Assembly (NCBI GenBank): GCA_913043225.1 | Contig: CAJWLU010000005.1 | Location: 64,001-128,000 of the forward strand | Length of the DNA stretch: 64,000 nucleotides | Direction of reading: 5' to 3' | Origin: an uncultured Acidobacteriota bacterium | Lineage (GTDB): Bacteria > Acidobacteriota > Vicinamibacteria > Vicinamibacterales > UBA8438 | Shown: positions 54,888-64,000 of the stretch, piece by piece | Layout: each line of letters opens with the position of its first letter | Numbering within the stretch: the stretch's first letter is position 1 | Notes under the pieces: generated by a model | The model's input: the letters and a program-made list of their open reading frames with translations, nothing else | Databases searched by the model: none | Told to the model about the DNA's origin: nothing | Translations under genes and position numbers: made by a program

Positions 54888-55720
54888 TGGCTGGCGGGGC
54901 GGAAGCCACTCAGGTCGCCGACACGGATGTTGTGCGTCTGTCCGGCGTTGGGCTGGTCCGTGACGGCACCTCGATCCTTCAAGAACTCGACTGGCGGGTA
55001 AGGCCAGGGGAACGCTGGGTCGTGCTCGGACCAAACGGCAGCGGTAAGTCCACCCTCTGCCAGATCGTGTCGCTCTACCTGCATCCCTCAACGGGCGCCG
55101 TGCGCGTCCTGGGCGCGCAGCTCGGCCGCGTCGACGTGCGTACCCACCGGCGGCGGATCGGGCTGACCAGCGCCGCGCTTGCCAACATGATGCAGCCGTC
55201 TCTCACGGCTGAGCAGATCGTCGTCGCAGGCAAGCACGCGGCCCTGGCGCACTGGTGGCACGACCATAGCGACCAAGACTGGAACAAGGCACGCTACTGC
55301 CTGGCGCGCGTCGACTGCGCCGGGCACGCGTTACAGACGTTTGGCACGTTGTCGTCGGGGGAGCGGCAGCGTGTGCTCCTGGCCCGGGCGCTCATGACCG
55401 CGCCTGATCTGCTCGTACTAGACGAGCCCACCGCCGGACTGGATGTCGGCGGGCGAGAACGCCTGGTCCGGACGCTGGCCACGTTGGCCGAAGAACCGAC
55501 GGCGCCCGCCCTGGTGCTCGTGACGCACCATGTAGATGAGATTCCGCCCGGATTCACGCACGCACTCCTACTCGCCAGCGGCCAAGTCCACGCCGCAGGT
55601 CCAGTGGAGCAGGTCCTGACGTCCGATGCGTTGTCGAGCTGTTTCGGACTCCCACTTGAGATCGAGCGGCACGCGCGACGCTGGCGAGCATGGGCGCGGG
55701 AGATCCCTCGCCTGCTGTGA
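54884..55720 (+). CDS. ABC transporter ATP-binding protein (ModF-like, single domain)
   Basis: GPNGSGKST Walker A, LSSGERQR signature, LLVLDEP Walker B, VTHH. Confidence 0.9.
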   Translation: MMAGGAEATQVADTDVVRLSGVGLVRDGTSILQELDWRVRPGERWVVLGPNGSGKSTLCQIVSLYLHPSTGAVRVLGAQLGRVDVRTHRRRIGLTSAALANMMQPSLTAEQIVVAGKHAALAHWWHDHSDQDWNKARYCLARVDCAGHALQTFGTLSSGERQRVLLARALMTAPDLLVLDEPTAGLDVGGRERLVRTLATLAEEPTAPALVLVTHHVDEIPPGFTHALLLASGQVHAAGPVEQVLTSDALSSCFGLPLEIERHARRWRAWAREIPRLL

Positions 55721-55732
55721 TCTACGAGAACG

Positions 55733-56040
55733 CTACTTCGGTACGCTCTGCCGGAGCTCGTCGACCACTGAGCCGACAACCTGTCGCCGATAGTCGCCGG
55801 TTTCGGCATAGACCTGCCGCTGGCTGGTACAGCTGGACCCCTTGGCCATCAGCTGGCAAATGCGGAAACTCGGCGTGGCGGCCGAGCCGCTTCGGCACCG
55901 GTTCGTGCGACTCGAGCAAACGATCGACGCTCTCGGAGAACGCCTCGAGCCGCTCCTCATCGTCGATGGTCTCCAGCTCGACTTCAACGCGAAGGGTCAG
56001 CTCCGATGAACCGTTGAGGTAGATTCGCGCCGCTCCGTCA
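55733..56040 (-). pseudogene. Frameshifted 3' remnant of a YbdK-like glutamate--cysteine (carboxylate-amine) ligase
   Basis: Joining two frames at about 55856 gives ..SESVDRLLESHEPVPKRLGRHAEFPHL/QLMAKGSSCTSQRQVYAETGDYRRQVVGSVVDELRQS, which resembles the YbdK C-terminus. No catalytic N-terminal domain is present. Confidence 0.55.
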
Positions 56041-56080
56041 GTATAGCCACCAGACCGACACGGTACAATCGTGTCCGACC

Positions 56081-56497
56081 GTGGCTGACGCCTCTCAAGC
56101 ACGCTCCCCTCTGATCCGCTACGTGCTGTATCAGATACCTGGCTGGCTGCTGGCCACCCTGGGCGGGCTGGTGCTCTATCGCGTGGCGGACGCCCCCGGA
56201 TGGGTGGGCATCGCCACCCCCGTGCTGTGGGTCATCAAGGATGCGGCGCTCTACCCGTTCTTGAGATCCGCGTATGAGATCAACCCGAGACCGGTCATCG
56301 AACGGCTCGTGGGCCTCGAGGGGACGACCGTCGAAGCACTGGCGCCGCGCGGCTACGTCCGGGTACGAGGCGAGCTGTGGCTGGCTGAGCGTGCGGGCAG
56401 ACCCATTGCTGAGGGCCAGCGGGTCCGCGTCGAGGGGGTAAGGGGAACAACCCTGGTTGTGGGGGGGGCTGACAATCAGACCGACTTCGTCACGTAG
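56081..56497 (+). CDS. NfeD family protein (short form: TM plus OB fold)
   Basis: Two TM segments, then LVGLEG..VEALAPRGYVRVRGELW.A...I.EG.RVRV.GV.G.TLVV. Confidence 0.85.
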   Translation: MADASQARSPLIRYVLYQIPGWLLATLGGLVLYRVADAPGWVGIATPVLWVIKDAALYPFLRSAYEINPRPVIERLVGLEGTTVEALAPRGYVRVRGELWLAERAGRPIAEGQRVRVEGVRGTTLVVGGADNQTDFVT

Positions 56498-57437
56498 CCG
56501 GCTGCGCCTCCTCGTTGCGATACCAGGCCATCGTCCGCGCGAGACCTTCCTCGAGCGCCACGAACGGCCGGTAACCGAGCAACTCCCGGGCTAGGGCGAT
56601 GTCGGCCTGGGAATCACGCACGTCGCCCACCCGGGCCGGCGCGAACTCCGGATCCGGCCCGCCACCAGCCCGCTCCCGCATCAACTGATACAGCGTATTC
56701 AACGAAACCCGGTCGCCACAGGAGATATTGATCACCCGACCGGCCACATTCGTGGCCGTACAGGCCCGCAACGTCCCATCCACCACGTTCTGCACGTAGG
56801 TGAAGTCGCGAGTCTGTTCACCGTCGCCGTAGATGATCGGCGCCCGCTGCTCGGCAAGACAGCGGGCGAAGAGCGAGATGACGCCGGAATAGGGAGACGA
56901 CGGATCCTGGCGTGGACCGAAGACGTTAAAGTAGCGCACCGACACCGTCTCGAGCCCATGCAGCCGGAGGAAGAGCCGCGCGTACTGCTCGCCCATAAGC
57001 TTCTGCAGGGCGTAGGGTGACAGCGGGTCGGCTGGCATATCCTCACGCTTGGGGAGCGCTGCCGAATCGCCATAGATCGACGACGAGCTGGCGAAGACCA
57101 CCCGCTTGACACCGTGCCGCTCGGCCGCCACGAACAACCCGAGCGTGCCCGTGACGTTAGCGTGATTGGTAGCGACCGGCTCGTCGATCGACCGGGGCAC
57201 CGAGGGAATGGCAGCCAGATGGACGACGTAATCGATATCTCGCGTCGCCCGATCCATTACGTCGGCGTCGCCCAGATCGCCCACCATCAGCTCGACTTCT
57301 GGCGCGTGCGCCAGGTTCTCACGGCGACCGGTCACCAAGCTGTCGACCACCCGCACCTGCTCGCCCCGTGACCGCAGCTCGTCCACCACATGAGACCCGA
57401 TGAAGCCCGCACCACCCGTCACCAAATAGGTCGCCAT
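56490..57437 (-). CDS. NAD-dependent epimerase/dehydratase (UDP-Glc/GlcNAc 4-epimerase-like)
   Basis: TGGAGFIGSH, HLAAIPSVPRS, ASSSSIYG, SPYALQK (YxxxK), RYFNVFGPRQDP, GDGEQTRDFTYV. Confidence 0.93.
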   Translation of the reverse strand: MATYLVTGGAGFIGSHVVDELRSRGEQVRVVDSLVTGRRENLAHAPEVELMVGDLGDADVMDRATRDIDYVVHLAAIPSVPRSIDEPVATNHANVTGTLGLFVAAERHGVKRVVFASSSSIYGDSAALPKREDMPADPLSPYALQKLMGEQYARLFLRLHGLETVSVRYFNVFGPRQDPSSPYSGVISLFARCLAEQRAPIIYGDGEQTRDFTYVQNVVDGTLRACTATNVAGRVINISCGDRVSLNTLYQLMRERAGGGPDPEFAPARVGDVRDSQADIALARELLGYRPFVALEEGLARTMAWYRNEEAQPAT

Positions 57438-57462
57438 GTCGCAGAACCCGTGTCCATCACGC

Positions 57463-58590
57463 TCAGTGAAGCGGCGGGAACCCGTTGCGCGGAATACCCG
57501 GGACCACTCGAAGTGCGTTCTCGTAGTACACCTTGCGCAAGACGTCGTCGCTTAGTCCCAGACCGTAGAGCTTCCAGAACGCGTGATAGCGGCGGTAATA
57601 GTCGAAGTACTCGTCCTCCGTCTCAAACGTCCGCCAATAGTAGGGGAACTCCTCCGCCCGATATGAGTCCTTCCCAAACAACACCCGATCGGCGTACTGC
57701 TCGAAGAACGCCTTGGCCGTCCTCGGCTGACGTCCCAGTTCGTACAGAATGGCGCCGGTCCCCACCACGACGTTGGGCAGTTGGTCCAGCAGGTCGCCCA
57801 GCCGGCCCAGGTCGTTGGCGTGCCAGCCCATGTGCGCGGCGATGAACGTTGTATCTGGATGGCGAGCGAACATGCGATCCCGCTCGGCCATGATCGTATC
57901 GAAGCTGGGATACCGATCCGCCGGTAGCCGGCGCCCGGGACGGAGCACCAGCTCGAGCCACCGCTCGTTGTGACGATCGACAGGCTCGAAGAACTCACTT
58001 GGCTCGCCGGTATGGATCAACACGGGGATTCCTAGCGTCGCGCACACCTCCCACACCGGCACCAGTTCCGGGTCGTCGACCTGGACCCGCTGTCCGCTGA
58101 CGTCCAGCACGGTTAAGCCGAAGTTCTTGAAGATCTTCAAGCCAACTGCCCCCGCCTCGACGTCTCGCCGGAGTTGGGCCGCCGCACGCTCGCCAAAACC
58201 TGGCGTCACACCCCGGCTGAAGTCAAGGTTGGCGAAGAACACCATCCGGTCGGGATGCGGGCTACGTCGAATGACCTCAATGCTCGAGGCGAGGGTGGCG
58301 CCGGAGCCACCACTGAGATTGACGAGGACCTGCAGGTTTAGGTCGTCCATCTCCCCGACGATCCGCTCCCATTGCCGCCCCGAGAGCCCTGGGCGATGGT
58401 GACTGTGCACATCCACCACGGGGAACTTAGCGCTCGGCACCGGATGCTCTGGCACGATGAGCGTCGACCGCGGGACGTAGTCCTCGACTGTCATCGGTGC
58501 CGAGAGCTGCGCGCCGCGTCTGTCCTGTGCCACCAACGACACCGCCACGAGCACGGACGCTGCCACCCCGACGCTGATCCAGCGCTTCAT
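57463..58590 (-). CDS. Amidohydrolase family protein (Amidohydro_2), exported
   Basis: Signal peptide; VDVHSH, GAVGLK, PVLIH, IAAHMG, DRVLFGKD. Confidence 0.88.
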   Translation of the reverse strand: MKRWISVGVAASVLVAVSLVAQDRRGAQLSAPMTVEDYVPRSTLIVPEHPVPSAKFPVVDVHSHHRPGLSGRQWERIVGEMDDLNLQVLVNLSGGSGATLASSIEVIRRSPHPDRMVFFANLDFSRGVTPGFGERAAAQLRRDVEAGAVGLKIFKNFGLTVLDVSGQRVQVDDPELVPVWEVCATLGIPVLIHTGEPSEFFEPVDRHNERWLELVLRPGRRLPADRYPSFDTIMAERDRMFARHPDTTFIAAHMGWHANDLGRLGDLLDQLPNVVVGTGAILYELGRQPRTAKAFFEQYADRVLFGKDSYRAEEFPYYWRTFETEDEYFDYYRRYHAFWKLYGLGLSDDVLRKVYYENALRVVPGIPRNGFPPLH

Positions 58591-58620
58591 CAGATATCCA
58601 CTTCGTGCGATTAGAATCCG

Positions 58621-59015
58621 CCGCAGAGAGACGATAAGCCGAATTCTGTTCCCGGCCGTGACCCCAGAGGGACCGCGACCAGGCGACGACCATTCCTCTA
58701 GTCCCGTCATCACTGACAGGATCCAGCGACCTACCCGGAGGCTTCGGACGGGCTGCCCTACAGCGCCTCCCTATTTGGTCTTGCTCCGTGCGGGGTTTAG
58801 CCTGCCATTCGCCTTACGGCGAACGCGGTGCGCTCTTACCGCACCTTTTCACCCTTACCTGCCTACTCGCGTAGACAGGCGGTATATTTTCTGTGCCACT
58901 TTCCTTCAGGTCACCCTGACCGGGGGTTACCCGGCGCACTGCCCTCTGGAGTTCGGACTTTCCTCCCCGTCCCCGCCCGAAAGCGGCAACGCAGCGGTCG
59001 TCTATCCCTCTACGG
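58621..59015 (-). ncRNA. rnpB: RNase P RNA, bacterial class A
   Basis: Minus strand carries GAGGAAAGTCCGAACT, GAAAGTGGCACAGAAA, GGTGAAAAGGTGCGGTAAGAGCGCACC, TAAACCCC..GGAGCAAGACCAAATAG and ACAGAATTCGGCTTAT. The 5' CCGTAGAGGGA pairs with the 3' TCTCTCTGCGG (P1). Confidence 0.96.
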
Positions 59016-59075
59016 CGGATATTGGTCTATTTCTCTCCTTTGGCCGTCCACACCAGCCTTCTGCGTGCTTAGCTA

Positions 59076-60440
59076 CTAGCCGTCCTGTTTCTTACTGATG
59101 TTGTGCTGATCCAGCTTCTTGTACAGGTTGCTCCGAGGCGTTTCGATGACCTCGGCGGTCTTGGAAATGTTCCAGTCCTGCTCGCGTAGCTTCTCGACCA
59201 GGAAGGCCCGTTCGGAGGTCTCCTTGAACTCGCGTAGCGTCTTGGCACGCGCCGGTTCTGAGCCGCCCACCCGGGGGGCGAACCGGAGTATGCCGCGGAC
59301 CTCTGCCACGTCAATTACGTCGCCCGGCGTCATCACCACCAGGCGTTCGACCGTGTTCCGGAGCTCACGTACGTTACCGCGCCACTGTTCGCCGCTGAGC
59401 AGCTCGACGGCCGGCAACGTAACCCGCTTCGACCGGAAGTTGTTCTCCCGGCAGAACTGGCGGGCGAAGTGCCCGATCAGCCGAGGAACATCCTCTCGCC
59501 GGTCGCGCAGCGGCGGCACCCGAATCGGAATCACGCTCAACCGGAAGTAGAGATCCTCGCGGAACGCGCCACTCTCGATCGCCTCTTCGAGATTCCGATT
59601 GGTCGCAGCGATGACCCGAACGTTCACCTTGATGGTTCGCGCCGCACCGAGAGGCTCGACCTCGCCCTCCTGGAGGACACGCAGCACCTTGGCCTGCGCC
59701 TGCAAGCTCATGTCACCGACCTCGTCCAGAAAGATGGTTCCCCGATCAGCCCGCTCGAACTTCCCGATCTGCTTCTGGCGCGCGTCGGTGAAGGCGCCAC
59801 GTTCGTGACCGAAGAGCTGCGACTCAATAATCGCTTCCGGCAACGCGGCACAATTGACCTGAATGAATTCCTCGCGCCGGCGTTTGCTGTCGCGGTGAAT
59901 GGCTCGTGCGACCAGTTCTTTGCCGACCCCGCTCTCGCCCTGGATCAGGACGGTGCTATTGGTGGGCGCCGCCCGGCTGATCGCCTCGTTTACCTCTCCG
60001 AGGGCTGGACTCTCGCCCACCATCTCGTGGCGAACGTCGGCCTTCCGCCGGTAGGAACTGACCTCTTTTTCGAGTCGTCGCTGTTTAAGGGCGTTCCGGA
60101 TGTTGACCTTGAGAGCGTCAGCCTCGAAGCCCTTTTCAAGAAATGCGAACGCCCCCTGCTTAGTGGCCTCCACCGCCGTGTTGATGGTGCCGTGCCCCGA
60201 GATCACTATGACGGGTAGGACATCACCACCGTCGCGTAACTGACGGAGCACCTCCAGCCCGTCCATTCCTGGCATCTTGATATCTAATAGCACGAGGTCG
60301 GGACTCTCGCTCTCGATCTTGTCGAGTCCTTCCTGCCCACTACGGGCAAAGACGCACTCGTAGCCCTCGTACTCGAGGGTCATTGCAATCGACTCCCGGA
60401 CGCCTTCGTCGTCGTCGACGACGAGTATTCGCTCGTTCAT
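59076..60440 (-). CDS. Sigma-54-dependent response regulator (NtrC/NtrX family)
   Basis: REC domain (LVVDDD, LLDIKMPGMDG), GESGVGKE, LFGHERGAFTDA, FLDEV, FREDLYFRL, GNVREL, Fis-type HTH. Confidence 0.95.
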   Translation of the reverse strand: MNERILVVDDDEGVRESIAMTLEYEGYECVFARSGQEGLDKIESESPDLVLLDIKMPGMDGLEVLRQLRDGGDVLPVIVISGHGTINTAVEATKQGAFAFLEKGFEADALKVNIRNALKQRRLEKEVSSYRRKADVRHEMVGESPALGEVNEAISRAAPTNSTVLIQGESGVGKELVARAIHRDSKRRREEFIQVNCAALPEAIIESQLFGHERGAFTDARQKQIGKFERADRGTIFLDEVGDMSLQAQAKVLRVLQEGEVEPLGAARTIKVNVRVIAATNRNLEEAIESGAFREDLYFRLSVIPIRVPPLRDRREDVPRLIGHFARQFCRENNFRSKRVTLPAVELLSGEQWRGNVRELRNTVERLVVMTPGDVIDVAEVRGILRFAPRVGGSEPARAKTLREFKETSERAFLVEKLREQDWNISKTAEVIETPRSNLYKKLDQHNISKKQDG

Positions 60441-60445
60441 AACCG

Positions 60446-63533
<3,088 letters not shown>

Positions 63534-63565
63534 ACTTGCGATCCAAGTGTCAACGCGACAACCCT

Positions 63566-64000
63566 TTAGCCGGAACTCGCTGTACCAAACAGCGCCTCAA
63601 AGGTCGCTAGCGTTCGCTCCCCGAGGACCAGGGGGGTGGTCTCCCGAAGCTCAGCTAACCGCTCGACCACCGTGGCAACCCAGGCCGGCTCGTTCCGCTG
63701 CCCCCGGTGCGGCACCGGAGCCAAATACGGTGCGTCAGTCTCCACCAGCAGGCGATCGTCGGACACCAGCTTCGCCGCCGCCCGGATCTCGTCCGCACTG
63801 CGGAACGTGGCGATACCAGAGAATGAGACGTGGAAGCCGAGTCCCAGGGCCCGCCGAGCCATCTCCGGGCCACCGGTGAAACAGTGAAAGACGCCCGACA
63901 CGCCACGGGCGGCAGGCTCCTCCAGCAGCTCGAACGTTTCATCTTCAGCGTCGCGCGTGTGAATCACGATCGGCAGGTTTCGCTCACGGGACACCGCAAT
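63566..64000 (-). CDS. tatD: TatD family DNase, C-terminal part (starts beyond window)
   Basis: PIVIHTRDA, GVFHCFTG, SFSGIATF, LLVETDAPYLAPVPHRG..NEP. Confidence 0.93.
   Translation of the reverse strand: MAVSRERNLPIVIHTRDAEDETFELLEEPAARGVSGVFHCFTGGPEMARRALGLGFHVSFSGIATFRSADEIRAAAKLVSDDRLLVETDAPYLAPVPHRGQRNEPAWVATVVERLAELRETTPLVLGERTLATFEALFGTASSG

Noticed and set aside
54597..55091. N-terminal extension of the FkbM ORF
   Set aside because: Overlaps the ABC ATPase on the opposite strand; AGGAG supports GTG 54596.
58658..59098. Short ORFs over 58.6-59.1 kb
   Set aside because: The region is RNase P RNA on the minus strand.

Overview
GC-rich bacterial chromosomal window, densely coding (about 58 probable CDS, one RNase P RNA, and two or three gene remnants). 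I saw no tRNA, rRNA, CRISPR array, transposase or prophage. The gene repertoire suggests an Acidobacteriota (Vicinamibacteria-like) genome; this is inference, not a search result. It rests on the many signal-peptide-bearing PQQ/NHL propellers, DUF6152-type proteins, 'YACHE'-family secreted proteins and carboxypeptidase-regulatory-domain/heme-c fusions. About 1-50 kb is dominated by exported hydrolases and redox proteins. The right end is housekeeping (pntAA-pntAB-pntB, rnpB, a sigma-54 response regulator, ligA, polyprenyl synthase, tatD). The best candidate for an undescribed system lies at 45.2-50.5 kb. There an octaheme c-type cytochrome is sandwiched between two paralogous 4-TM proteins with an H-x-H motif. 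It converges on an exported cytochrome c fused to a copper type II (PHM-like) monooxygenase that retains all six copper ligands, plus a conserved partner protein. A six-bladed NHL propeller with three aligned His (PAL-like) lies nearby. Other points of interest are two paralogous heme-c/propeller proteins, two endostatin-like lectins, an orphan Rap1a-type immunity gene and a frameshifted ybdK-like remnant. Start codons were re-picked by eye from RBS and signal peptides; family calls come from motif recognition only.
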